From: Amoebidium appalachense
Lineage: Eukaryota; Protista; Ichthyosporea
NCBI GenBank assembly: GCA_963693365.1
Contig: CAVNZM010000007.1
Span: 10,661,962-10,725,961 of the forward strand
Reading direction: 5' to 3'
DNA length: 64,000 bases
Under the pieces are notes generated by a model. The model worked only from the letters and a program-made list of their open reading frames with translations, did no database searches and was not told the origin of the DNA. Shown piece by piece: positions 1 to 46,934 of the stretch (position 1 is its first letter; the number at the start of each line of letters is the position of its first letter). The position numbers and the translations under genes are program-made.

Positions 1-232
1 GCTTCTTTTTTTTTTTTTGTTTGGGGGGGGGGGAGGGGGGGGGGGGGGGGGGGGAGGGAGGGGGCCGGGGGGAGGGGGGAAGAGTGTCCTTGCTTGTGCG
101 TTGGGATCTGATGTGTGTGTACGTGAGTTGCATGCAGACATGTGGCCATGCACACACATGAGACACACACACGAGTGCCCGTGTGCCTGCACGTGCATGT
201 GACTGACCGTGCTCTGTGTCTCTCCATCCCAG

Positions 233-9145
<8,913 letters not shown>

Positions 9146-9930
9146 CACAGGTAGATATGTACATACACGCATAACTACCTGTTCTATGGAATATATCTAT
9201 TAGTGCACACACAAGCAGACTTCCCATAAGGCACACAGGCAAATATGCATGTTCTAGGACACAGGCGTGCAGAAGCACCGTGCAACAGGCAGCACGCTCA
9301 CGCACATGAGCACGCGCGTGTGCACACACACACACACACACACAGTCTTTTTTCCTAGTGTCTTCTCCTCCTCCTCTCCCTGCATGCCACCACCAGAGAC
9401 CGTACATCATATATATACTCGAGTGTTGGTGGTATGAAGTATGAACGAGTGGTGGCTTTGCTTTTATTAACCCCCTCATCTTCTTGTGCAAGTGTTCATC
9501 TTTTTGTGCAAGTGTTCTTGTTGAACAGACCACTTTAACTTGAACGTTCATTTATTTGTCGAATTCGAGTGGCAAGTGAGACTTGAATCATGTTGTTATT
9601 TGTGTTATAGTGCTAGCCACCCAGCAAGTTGCACTAGCATTCGAAACGTGCATACACACACATGATCCGCTGTAGCGCTGTAGCGTGTTGGTCCTATTAG
9701 GTAATAACAGTATCCACAGTGGTTACATCATTTTGTTCAGATGCTCTTTAAATTTTTAAAGGGAGAATAGCTAATTGTTGGTTTTAAAATTTGTCCCCCG
9801 TGGTCCTCTTTAACCTTTAAGGACAATACGGGGTCATTAACCTCGTATGGTCTATGTTCTTTAAACCATCACACATACCCAGGCACATCTCCAAGCCACA
9901 GCAGTTAAAGCAATAAACGCACACCATCCC

Positions 9931-10175
9931 CTACTTCTTCTTAGCAGCATCTATCTTATCCGCTATCTTCTGCTTGGCCCCCTCCATCTTTGCGCCCATA
10001 TTTTGCGCAAACACAGCTGTGGTGCTGCCCACTGTACGTGGCCGGGTGATGGCATGCGCTAGCACCAACGTCAGACTGAGGAGGTAGCCTACGGGGGACT
10101 TGCCTGGGGGGAAGGGGGTGGTGGAGGGGGAGGGGGAGGTTAGAATGTGGGTAATGAGTATGAACTTGCAGGGTA

Positions 10176-10209
<34 letters not shown>

Positions 10210-10415
10210 CTTGGGCAAGCACGAAACCGAACGATTTTTGTGTGTGAAGCAACATCGGTTTAATGCATGCGCAGCAGTATCGATTGTGGCGGGGAAAATT
10301 GCATTCAACCATCTTTTTCCATTCACTAGTACTAGGCAGCGCGGTGCCCGAACTTCAAGGGTGTGGTGGTGGCGGCAACTTGGAGCGTGTGAGAGTAACC
10401 GGACACGCGCACGCG

Positions 10416-10446
<31 letters not shown>

Positions 10447-10662
10447 GAAAGCCCCCCGTCCCCTCCCATGCATAATCCACACACGTGTGTTTTGCAGATA
10501 CAAGGATTATGCACCAATTTACTGTAAAGCAGGCATGTGATTTCCATGATCGTATCTCCGTCAGTCTGCCGCTTCCCTCTTCACCCCCCCCTCCCCCCTC
10601 CCCCCGACAATTCAATTTTCTTCTTTTTGCTCCAGCTACCTCCCTCTCCTACCTGCCGTCCT

Positions 10663-10694
<32 letters not shown>

Positions 10695-11005
10695 TCCTCC
10701 CCTACCTCCCCCCTCCCCCCCCCCCTCCCCCGGGCTCAAAAAAATCTCGCACCTCAGTCGCACCCTCTTCCACCCTCCTGCAGGTAAAAAAAAAAAAAAG
10801 AAAAAAAAAAAGGCCGAGGAGCTCCCCGCTACTAAGAAAAAAGGGTGTGTGTGTGTGTGTGTGTGTAAGGGGAAGGGGAGGAGGGGGAGGGGGGGGGGGA
10901 TTTTTTGGGCAAATGCTTAATGTAACGTAGATGATTGAAGTAGTACTCAATACAAATCTCTGAACAGGCGGCAGGAAGGGGGGGGGGGCGGGCGGGGGGG
11001 TTTGT

Positions 11006-11036
<31 letters not shown>

Positions 11037-11640
11037 GGGGGGGAGAGAGAGGGGGGAGGGGGGGGGGGGGGGGGGGAGAGAGGGGAGGGAGGGGGGGGGG
11101 GGGGGGGGGGAGGGGAGGGGGAGATTCATATTCATCACAAAGTCGCGCATTCTCTTCGCACACACGCACACGTACATTCGCGGGCACCGACAAAACGTGT
11201 ACGCACACGCTTTCGCATACAAGCACACCCAAAATGGCACATAAGGATGCACACACACCAGCACACACGCAAACAATCACGGGCTGACGCACCACACATG
11301 CGGGCACGCACGCACACACGCACACACACACACTCGCACGCGCACATGCACGCACGCACGCACACACGCACGCACATGCAGACGGTGAAATACAATACTC
11401 ACCCATGAGGGAGCTGACCACAATCAAGAAGACCGTGATGGCCACATAGTTGGGCAGGAAGTACTTCAGGTTGACCTTCAGCCGCTCCTGCAGCTTGCTG
11501 GTGTCCTTGACTGCGTCCATATCGAACCCACCCATGAACTCGTCCTACAAACCCCAGGTCAGAAAAGACCCCAATGACATGTTGCCAGCGCAAGGAAATC
11601 ACGATGCAGATGTACGGTATTCCAAGGCCAGGTGAACCAT
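9931..11640 (-). CDS. PRA1-family (prenylated Rab acceptor) membrane protein, multi-exon; start and middle exons uncertain
   Basis: Exon ~11545-11404 DEFMGGFDMDAVKDTSKLQERLKVNLKYFLPNYVAITVFLIVVSSLM carries the PRA1 signature R..NL.YF..NY. Last exon ~10100-9931 VGYLLSLTLVLAHAITRPR..KIDAAKKK* has the conserved LAHA..R. Confidence 0.8.
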
Positions 11641-14459
11641 GTTTAGCGCTGAAACGAGTAAACTAGCCTTTCATCGATATAGAATATTTTTCCCCCTTTT
11701 TTCTTGCTAGTCTTGTGTGGGCTTGTCCTCCTTCGTGGTTGTATTCTTTGGCAAACTCACAACGAGACTATGACATAACATGTCATGACCTGGTAGGTCT
11801 CCCTGCTTATGCAACTCGAAGTCTACCAGACAAGACGCACTTACAAAAGGTCGCAGTTGCTTAGCCATGGTGCCGTGTCACTGTGTTTTGGCAACTGTTT
11901 TCTGCCTACTGTTTTCTGCCCGCCTAACAGCTCTCCAACCTGCGAACCTACAAGTAGGCTACAACCCCTTAAGTACTTTCGCCAAAAGCCACAAAAAAGT
12001 AGAAGCATCCCTTGAACCGTTGAAGCGACGAAAAGTGTTCAGCGGCATTCCAGATTTTTACATGCAACCAAAAAAGGCTATTGCTTTTTTTGATCCAACC
12101 AGATCTGTCTAACCTGTTTGCACCAACACGCTTTCGAATCGAGCCAAACCCGTTTCTGCTCCGAATCTTCTGACCCGCACCCAGCAGCTCTCCCCGGCAA
12201 CAAAAAAAAACCCCTCGCCCTTCCCTCCCACAGTGAGTCCTAGTCACACCGTGGTAGCTAACAGTGGGATACTGTGGCGTCACTCCACGTGCCGTGTGCT
12301 TGGGCTTTTTTCCAGCTGGCCCCTGGCGTGGGCAACGGTAGCCTGTCTGTGTGGAATACCCAGTAGGTGATCCGCCCCGTCGCGAAGTAGCAGGCACCCC
12401 AAAAAGGCCGGGTTGTGGCTTGCGGCAAGTGTCCCATGGTGATAGACCCAGGAGTGTAGCCTCCCCCTTTGTGGGCCCCAACCCCCGTCGCTAAGCAACA
12501 TGCACCCCAGAAAGGCGTTCTTGTGCTTGGCTTCAAGTGTCCCATGGTGATATACCGAGGAGTGTGGCCTGCCCCCTGTGGGCACCAACCTGTCAGCCTA
12601 CGTTTAGCCCTACCAGGTGAGTCGTAGGCGGGGCCTATGGGCCCTTATAGCTGTTAGTGTCTTCAGCCGCCCCATTGTGGGCACCCGCTGTTGCGGGGAG
12701 TGACCCTTTATGGGCAAGGGTTACCGTGGGCCTTAAAGGATGCCCCGTGTGGGTGGCAACCAAGATTACGGACTTGCTCTTTCCTCGCCCGCGCGCGAGA
12801 GACGTTGAGCTCGTGCATCTGTGTGTGTTCTTTGCCCCTCTGTGGTGCACCCATTCCAGCGCCTGCCCTTGTGGCGGTGTGCTCGTGTCGCTAGGAGGCA
12901 CAGTGAGCCGTTCCTAAGTCACTGGGAAACGCTCCTCTTTGTATGCCCCCAATATGGGCTGTGCTCTGTGTGAATGTTTTCTGCTTTTGTGTGTGTTTGT
13001 TGGACCGATGAAAAAAAATGTGGGTGCCTCAAGCCACGTCCCAGGACTTGGTGTGTGTGTGTGCTTGTCTGTGCCTGTGTGTGCATGTTCTCGTCAAGGA
13101 CGTCGTCTTCTGTTGCCCCGAGGGGTTGTTGGACTATACCCGTCTCGCATTTTGCGTGCCCGTGAATGGGCGGCTGGCAGCCGTGCGGTGCCAGGATAGG
13201 AGGGAAATCTCCTCATCTACCGGCGGACCCCGTTGTGGGCCTGCACCCTTTTCTGGGTTGCCAGTTGAGTAATTCCTTTGCCTGCCGGACTGCCCTTTGT
13301 TGGCAAGCGGCTAAGGCCGTGCTGTGTGCGCATGCCCAGAGTCGCACTCTGGTGCCTGTCGGACAGGCTGACGTCTGTCTGCTGGCGGACTGGCCCTGCT
13401 TGGGCAGGCCAGTGCCCACTTTACTGGGCCTGGTGACGTTGAGGAGTAACGCCTCCTTGCTATGGCAGCCCCGCGGGGGCGAGCCTTCTGGCTCTGTTGG
13501 CAGACCAACATCTGGCCTGCGGCTTACACCAGCTACCCTGGCCCCTGTGTGGGCTCTTTGCAGCCGCTGCCTGCCCCCTCTCCCGGCCCTCACGGTCACC
13601 CTTGGTCCTCGCTCTGCCGAGACCCCCCACCACTACCAGCCCTGCACCGGGTCACATCTACCCGCTGGCCCACATCGGGTTGATACCGCCATGCCCCTCA
13701 AGTGGGCCACCTCTGGGCTGTATCCTGAAATTTCAGGGTGCTGTCCGTGGGCTTAACTGCAAATTTCTTGGGAAGAATGGCCTGCCTGTCAATGTCACGG
13801 ATTAAGGTATGTGTCCCATGCCCTCCCTCCCTGTTTTATGATACATTTTATATGATGGGTGTGAATTAACGATGTTCTCCCTTTCATGTGGCGCTATAAT
13901 AACTTTGGTCCTTTGTGCCTTCTCTCCCCCTCTCTCCTCTCTCTCTCCAATCAAAGAGGATACACATTCGAACAAACTCTGTGCGAGCAGTCTTTCTGCA
14001 TGCCCGCACTTTGAAAAGCCACACGGTACACAGCACCTGCTCTTTATTTTCGATTATCTACCTGTGATGTCGGTAGTTGACAAACCTTCCCTACAGTTTG
14101 AACGGTGAGATAAGTCTGCAGTGTGGTGGGTCAGGTGGAAGTTGAGTGCGGCTGAAAAAGGTTTGTTGCTGTTGTGTGTGTGCCCTGTGTTTGCACTCAC
14201 TCTCTTCTCTGCACAGATTCGTGCACGAGTTGTCTTTGTGTATGTGCACGTGTGAATGTGTGTATGTTTGCGTGTTAGTGTGAGTATCTACATGTATGTG
14301 TGTGTGGTGGCCGATGATGGAGATGCCCACGGCAGTGAGCACTGATGTTGCCACGTCACGTGACGTGTGCACACGTGGATGGTGGCCCATGGCATATGCG
14401 CCCTTTAAGGGGGGCACGTGCTGACTATTGGCCCCTTCTTTGCATGAGGCCCCGTGCAT

Positions 14460-14509
<50 letters not shown>

Positions 14510-15155
14510 CGATGCTTTTGCATGTGTATGGGGTGGTTACATCCTTCTACATTGCCCCACTGTGGGCACGCCTTAAGGCACCAGTGGTGAACAAACAAAC
14601 AACGAACCAACGAATCGTTCAGGTACAAAGTGAGCTTTGCCCCTTTGTGGGCAACCTGCCTAGTAAGGCAACGTGGTAAAGTGGTTAAGAAACTTGCAAA
14701 GCGGTTTATACCTGCAAAGTGGTTAAAACTTGCAGAGTGGTGAAAACTTGCGGTATTGTTGCTGTCTATGCCCCTTGAGGGCAGTATGTGTGGCATTTAG
14801 GCTGGTCGGGATGTTAGTAGCACTCCCATGTCCTAGAGCCACTTGGCTGTGGGGTTTGAGGGGTAACACCCACGCCCTTCAGCTGTTGACCCTTGCAGGG
14901 TGGCCCCACGTGGGTCATTCCGCTAGCCCCTTTTGTGGGCCACCTTTGGGCCACACCCCCCTTAATGGCTGGGTGTGGTCCGTCGGGTTAAGGCAAATGT
15001 GCTTGCTGTGGAGTATCTTCCTTCCACCACTGATGCCGATATGGAGGGTAAGTTTTCGTGCCCCTTAACATTTGTTCATTCCCCCTTCCCCCGCTGTTAT
15101 CTTTTCCTCTGCTCTAAGGTATCTTTGTACTCTTGTCACAGTGATGCTTACGATG

Positions 15156-15218
<63 letters not shown>

Positions 15219-15485
15219 CTTCCCCATTCAACCAACCAACCACCACCACCCTCCTAGATTGTTGCCTGTGTTCTCTCCCTGCCTGCGTGTGTGCATCTCG
15301 ATGGCTTGTAATCTATGTGTACCTTTCTGTCCTTTGGTGTCGTCCTACTGGCATGTAGCCTGTGAATACCCTTACCCCTCCCCACTTCTGGGTTCTGGAA
15401 CGGCAGTCATCTGTTACGCAACGTGCACTTTCCATTCCCTTCTTCCTGTTCCGCTGTCTTCTACGGAGCTTCATTTGCTGTGCAA

Positions 15486-15523
<38 letters not shown>

Positions 15524-16716
15524 CCCCTCCAATTGTTGTCGTTGGATGATGTGTCGGAATACTGTGTGCACAGGTGACTACAGGCGTGTATGGTCATGTC
15601 ATAAAGCTGCGGCGGCAACATTGCCAAATCTGGTAGGGCAGCATCATCCTGATTGGTGGAACAGCAGCAAGGAATCCATGATATGGCCCGACGGACTGGC
15701 GACGGCAGGCGGTCTTCACTTTACCTGGCCTACGGTTTCACTTTTCACGGTGGATTCGGAGGAGGATGCACATACTGTGTGTTCCCTCTTGTCTTTTGAT
15801 TGCACGTGGATGTTTGCGAGTGTTGGAAGTTTGTTTTTGTAGAATTCGTGTTTGTTTGTTTGATGCCCCTGGCGAGGGGCCCGGAAAAGAAGGGGGGAGG
15901 GGTTGCACATGTTGGATCAGCCTTGGGTGTGCTATTATTCATATTGTACTGGTGAAATAACGGGTACTTGTTAGGAATATCAGACCCTCTGGTGGAGTTA
16001 TATAGTGTACATGAATGTGTGGAAAGCCAGTGGCAAGTGAAATAAACTATTGTCTAAGCAAGCAGAATGCGCTCTGGATGTGTCCAGGTGACAAATTGTG
16101 TAATGAATAGGGGCCGTGCTCCCCAACAAACCTTATGATTATTACACTTTGCTTTGTTTTTGGCCAATTTTACATTGCCTTCACTCAACGGTTAACCACG
16201 TGCATGGAAGTACATCCCACATATTCCTCAAGTGTACATCATCATTCAATCACATCAAATTCATCTCGATATGCATTTCTCTTCAACTCATGACGACACA
16301 AATAAACAATTCTTACTGCCTGGCCCATACACTCCACCTTCGAAGTATTCAGACTGTACATGCACAACATATATCTACTCAAAGTTTGCATGCGCATGTA
16401 GCTGACCCCGTGGCACATCACGTCTGGTATACGTAACAATATTTGTGTCCACATGAGTTCTGAGGGTTCAAATAAACATATGTTTCCATGTAACCGAAAA
16501 CAACGTTACAACACCGCTGAAGCTAATAAGCTAGACATGTAACGTTAATTCTCACCCGTGTGGTCTTTTTTGCACCAAGGCGGACGTCTAGAAACATTAC
16601 TTCAAATAAAAAAGATATTTTTGTAAGGCCAAGTCTTCTTTAACGGCAAACTCTTAACGCCGTGTATTTCAAATTGAGAACCATGTTCTGTCCTCCTCCC
16701 CCCCCCCCCCCCCCCC

Positions 16717-19700
16717 TGTTGGAGTGCAGACTTACGCTCACTCCACAATATGTGTATGTTAGCTTTACAATTGGTTCCGTGTACACAGACACACGCTGAC
16801 ACTCGATCACCACATGCACATCTGCATAGTTGAGGAATGTTGCCAATTGTGTTTTGACTGCAAACGATTGGTTCACTGGTCCCAGAGATCTCTAAATGAA
16901 AGTAACCAATCCGATTAGCACCTGGCATCCGGATTACATTCCAGACTGCTGCCCCACGGGTATATAAGCCACGTCTCTGCCAGGTGCAGACATGGAGTTC
17001 AGTCATGGAGTTAAGTCATGGAGTTCAGTCATGGAGTTAACACACTGAAAGCAGTAAAAAAACGGGTCAGCGCCCAAGCGCGCCACGACGACCCTAGTCA
17101 CAGCGGACTCTACTTCCAACAGGGTTATGGGCCCAGACACGACACCGCGGCCTCTAACTTCACGTCCCCTACGACGCCTTGAACGGAGGAGCCCAGAAAC
17201 CGACTTCTAGGCTGTACCCTACACCCGCGAGCGTATTTCCGTGAAGTAGAGACTTTCGCTTCCACAAACTCCATCCGCAGCAGCCTGCGACATCAACGTC
17301 AAGTATTCCACTTCATTGGCGGGGCACGCACCACAGTGGAATGCACACCCCGGTCTACCCTGCAAGCAGCCACACTCACTCTCTCTTCTCTAGTGGTGTG
17401 TACACTTCTCCAATTGGGTAGGGGTGTTGGAGTGCAGACTTACGCTCACTCCACTATATGTGTATGTTAGCTTTACAATTGGTTCCGTGTACATAGACAC
17501 ATGCTGACACTCGATCACCACATGCACATCTGCATAGTTGAGGAATGTTGCCAATTGTGTTTTGACTGCAAACGATTGGTTCACTGGTCCCAGAGATATC
17601 TAAATGAAAGTAACCAATCCGATTAGCGCCTGGCATCCGGATTACATTCCAGACTGCTGCCCCACGGGTATATAAGCCACGTCTCTGCCAGGTGCAGACA
17701 TGGAGTTAAGTCATGGAGTTAAGTCATGGAGTTCAGTCATGGAGTTAACACACTGAAAGCAGTAAAAAACGGGTCAGCGCCCAAGCGCGCCACGACGACC
17801 CTAGTCACAGCGGACTCTACTTCCAACAGGGTTATGGGCCCAGACACGACACCGCGGCCTCTAACTTCACGTCCCCTACGACGCCTTGAACGGAGGAGCC
17901 CAGAAACCGACTTCTAGGCTGTACCCTACACCCGCGAGCGTATTTCCGTGAAGTAGAGACTTTCGCTTCCACAAACTCCATCCGCAGCAGCCTGCGACAT
18001 CAACGTCAAGTATTCCACTTCATTGGCGGGGCACGCACCACAGTGGAATGCACACCCCGGTCTACCCTGCAAGCAGCCACACTCACTCTCTCTTCTCTAC
18101 AGTGGTGTGTACACTTCTCCAATTGGGTAGGGGTGTTGGAGTGCAGACTTACGCTCACTCCACAATATGTGTATGTTAGCTTTACAATTGGTTCCGTGTA
18201 CACAGACACACGCTGACACTCGATCACCACATGCACATCTGCATAGTTGAGGAATGTTGCCAATTGTGTTTTGACTGCAAACGATTGGTTCACTGGTCCC
18301 AGAGATCTCTAAATGAAAGTAACCAATCCGATTAGCACCTGGCATCCGGATTACATTCCAGACTGCTGCCCCACGGGTATATAAGCCACGTCTCTGCCAG
18401 GTGCAGACATGGAGTTCAGACATGGAGTTCAGTCATGGAGTTAAGTCATGGAGTTAAGTCATGGAGTTCAGTCATGGAGTTAACACACTGAAAGCAGTAA
18501 AAAAACGGGTCAGCGCCCAAGCGCGCCACGACGACCCTAGTCACAGCGGACTCTACTTCCAACAGGGTTATGGGCCCAGACACGACACCGCGGCCTCTAA
18601 CTTCACGTCCCCTACGACGCCTTGAACGGAGGAGCCAGAAACCGACTTCTAGGCTGTACCCTACACCCGCGAGCGTATTTCCGTGAAGTAGAGACTTTCG
18701 CTTCCACAAACTCCATCCGCAGCAGCCTGCGACATCAACGTCAAGTATTCCACTTCATTGGCGGGGCACGCACCACAGTGGAATGCACACCCCGGTCTAC
18801 CCTGCAAGCAGCCACACTCACTCTCTCTTCTCTACAGTGGTGTGTACACTTCTCCAATTGGGTAGGGGTGTTGGAGTGCAGACTTACGCTCACTCCACAA
18901 TATGTGTATGTTAGCTTTACAATTGGTTCCGTGTACACAGACACACGCTGACACTCGATCACCACATGCACATCTGCATAGTTGAGGAATGTTGCCAATT
19001 GTGTTTTGACTGCAAACGATTGGTTCACTGGTCCCAGAGATCTCTAAATGAAAGTAACCAATCCGATTAGCACCTGGCATCCGGATTACATTCCAGACTG
19101 CTGCCCCACGGGTATATAAGCCACGTCTCTGCCAGGTGCAGACATGGAGTTCAGTCATGGAGTTAAGTCATGGAGTTCAGTCATGGAGTTCAGTCATGGA
19201 GTTCAGCCATGGAGTTCAGTCATGGAGTTAACACACTGAAAACAGTAAAGAAACGGGTCAGCGCCCAAGCGCGCCACGACGACCCTAGTCACAGCGGACT
19301 CTACTTTCAACAGGGTTATGGGCCCAGACACGACACCGCGGCCTCTAACTTCATTAGAGACTTTCGCTTCCACAAACTCCATCCGCAGCAGCCTGCGACA
19401 TCAACGTCAAGTATTCCACTTCATTGGCGGGGCACGCACCACAGTGGAATGCACACCCCGGTCTACCCTGCAAGCAGCCACACTCACTCTCTCTTCTCTA
19501 GTGGTGTGTACACTTCTCCAATTGGGTAGGGGTGTTGGAGTGCAGACTTACGCTCACTCCACAATATGTGTATGTTAGCTTTACAATTGGTTCCGTGTAC
19601 ACAGACACACGCTGACACTCGATCACCACATGCACATCTGCATAGTTGAGGAATGTTGCCAATTGTGTTTTGACTGCAAACGATTGGTTCACTGGTCCCA

Positions 19701-19949
19701 GAGATCTCTAAATGAAAGTAACCAATCCGATTAGCACCTGGCATCCGGATTACATTCCAGACTGCTGCCCCACGGGTATATAAGCCACGTCTCTGCCAGG
19801 TGCAGTCATGGAGTTCAGTCATGGAGTTCAGTCATGGAGTTCAGTCATGGAGTTCAGTCATGGAGTTAACACACTGAAAGCAGTAAAAAACGGGTCAGCG
19901 CCCAAGCGCGCCACGACGACCCTAGTCACAGCGGACTCTACTTCCAACA
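16717..19949 (+). mobile_element. Tandem array of a non-autonomous miniature LTR retrotransposon (TRIM): LTR-int x4 plus a terminal LTR
   Basis: LTRs TGTTGGA...TCCAACA at 16717-17121, 17425-17828, 18134-18564, 18869-19312 (ends TTCAACA) and 19533-19949. Each internal region (~303-305 bp; 220 bp in copy 4) starts with PBS GGGTTATGGGCCCAG and ends in purine-rich TTGGGTAGGGG. TATATAA lies in each LTR. C runs flank both sides, compatible with a CCCCC TSD. No recognisable protein is encoded. Confidence 0.92.
17122..17136 (+). promoter_or_regulatory. Primer-binding site complementary to the anticodon-arm region of initiator tRNA-Met (half-tRNA priming); repeated at 17829, 18565 and 19313
   Basis: GGGTTATGGGCCCAG is the reverse complement of CUGGGCCCAUAACCC in eukaryotic tRNAiMet; same PBS type as Drosophila copia. 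Confidence 0.9.
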
Positions 19950-20405
19950 CCCCCCCCCCCCCCTAGGGGGGGGGGGGAAAAAAAAAAAAAAAAAAAAAAA
20001 AATTGCCGAAAATATTTGTCCTGTTACCATCTAATCATTAACCCTCATAAGCGCACTCACAGACATGCGCACACACGATTAAGCATATACTCTCTGTGCC
20101 TGTGACCCACACAGCCAGTCTAAACACATGACGACTGCTGTGGTGGCTGGGCGCAGACGGAAACGCAAATATATCCTCTGGCCAAGGCAAAAACATGGGG
20201 CGGAAAAAAATTTCAAATCCCTATGCAATTCCTAAACCACAAAAGCCACATAATCCTGTTCAAGCTCACACAATAATATTATATGGTCGAAGTTCAATAA
20301 ACCCAAGTCATTCACAAACACCAACTCAACAACCCGATCAACACCCGACCAACAATCATGCCCATATATGGTGAGTTCATCCTGGATCACGCGACAATCG
20401 GCCAA

Positions 20406-29735
<9,330 letters not shown>

Positions 29736-30008
29736 CTGGGGGGATTACAGCGGAGTGAGTCACTGAGTGGGCAGACATACGTACTCTCTCCATCCTCCGA
29801 TCGTATAACACCTATTTACAACAACAAAAATAAAATCTCTAAAATTTCTACTAGTGGCATGGTCATCCGACACTGCCCAAACATGTTTGATCTTAAGCCA
29901 AAAGGGAAAAACAAACATAGTATAATACCGGTGATACGGATATTTAGGAGGATTAGGGGGCGGAGGGGTGAGGGAGCAAACGAGGGGGGGAGGGCGGAGT
30001 GCACGTAC

Positions 30009-45066
<15,058 letters not shown>

Positions 45067-46934
45067 GGGCCCTGCCTACTGCCTGCGCTGTAATAAATTT
45101 GGCAATGATTCAACTACCAGCCACACATTAAATATGTCTCGTGACGTAAAGAAATATTGCTACCATAACACTCATTCGCACCACTAGTGACACTAGAGCA
45201 TATGTAATTGACTTTGACACGGCAATGTAATTCAGTTCGTACTGCCAGTCGTACTGCACAGTCACTAAACCGTTTCTTCTTGAACGCCTTTCAACAAAAT
45301 GGCGCAGTTTTTTGTATTTAAGATATCTGCATCACAGTGCACGTTTGCATTGCATTGCAGGTCTTCTTCCCGTTGCTTTTTTTTTCCCCCAGAACAAGTT
45401 GTTGTTCTGAACCACTTTCTGACTTTTTCCAGGCAATAATAGTGAGTGGCATCAATCCTGTCTCAAGCGGGAGGCGAGGTACCACCCTTTCTCGGCGTGT
45501 TGTGAGCGCGTTGCATTCCTAAGACAACTGCCTGACAGTCAGAAAATAATGATTGGTGGAAAATTCTTATACTAGGTGCTATTGGTTTAAAAAGACCCAA
45601 TCAAGTATCGAACCATATCAAATGAGTCTATGACAAAGCACATGTTCGCATGGGTGCGTTTGTGCCAAGGTCTTGTTTGAAGTATTATTAATTCTCCATA
45701 CATCCAGAAATTATTTCGTATTGCATGGAGAGTCAATTGCACTATAGGCTATTTCAATGATATTATTTATTTAGATCTCGTTGTTTGCGATGCTCACGTG
45801 TGCTGGCGAGATTGGCACGCAGCACATTCCTTCTGGTATGCCGTCGACTGAAACTGTGAAAGTCGATTGCTGCATTGCAGCCTATTTGTAGGTCTTCTTT
45901 CTACAGTGTAGACGCACAGCCAGGGCTTCCTTTCTTTCGTATGGCTTTTAAATTTTTATTTTGGATGTATGCTATAGTATTTGATATTCTTCCCGGGCTT
46001 GTTTCAGGCCGGCAGTTTGCCCCAACTCCAGTTGAGTGGCGCACGCATCGTGAATGCTACGCATGAAAGATCCAAGAATAGCCGAATTCATCCCATGGAC
46101 AAGTGGTTCAGGAAGGCCCAATCAGATGAGTCGTGCGTGAGGTAGCAGCCCCCCGGTTTGTTTACGTTGTCCGGATCCGGCAAGGCGCACACACCGGCCG
46201 CTATCACATCATCCAAGGCTTGGCTTTTGTGCTGTTGCGGTGCGTGCTGTACGTACTGCGTGCTGTAATGACACACATCGGCACACACGTGACAGGCACA
46301 CACATGCAATGGCATACATTTTTTTAGACACACACACTCACATGTATACATTCAAACACCCACACAATTCGATGCATAAGCACCACAGCTGTGGCATGAT
46401 GTACACGTGCACACGCACATGTGCATATGACAAGCAGATATGGATATCGATCATATACACCGCGGCACGGCACACGCATGCACACGTACACCTTCCCGTC
46501 ACATGCATACACACACACGCTCACACATACACACGTGTGCACATCGTAGCACACACACACGCACACACACACGTGTACGCACGCACCCACGCACGCACAC
46601 ATATATGCACACACACACACACACAAACACACACAAACACACGTACATACACGCACACACACACACATACACACACACACGTACACACACGTGCACATGT
46701 GATGCGCACACACACACACACACACACACACAGCAATCGTATGGATCCCATCATATGTTCGCGCACGGTACAAAGTATGTGTTAAGCACCCGAACAGGAA
46801 CATGCTTCTGTCTTTGAAGTATGTGCACAACTAATAAAAAAAAACCAGTTTTTATAGCCTAACAATAATGTTTGATTTTGTATATTGTTTTTTGCTATTG
46901 TTTTAGGTACCGTTAGGTAAGATCTCACTTACCT

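Noticed and set aside
13166-13756. 196-aa ORF as a gene
   Set aside because: Non-ATG start, no recognisable motifs, and GC-rich sequence that is open in several frames
15570-15842. Exon-like stretch GDYRRVWSCHK...
   Set aside because: No partner exons or family motif found
17122-17140. tRNA-Met gene
   Set aside because: Only a 15-nt complement (the PBS) is present, with no cloverleaf
16717-19949. CRISPR array or protein-coding repeat
   Set aside because: There are no unique spacers and no cas genes, and the context is eukaryotic. The LTR/PBS/PPT structure explains the array, and the short ORFs vary between copies.
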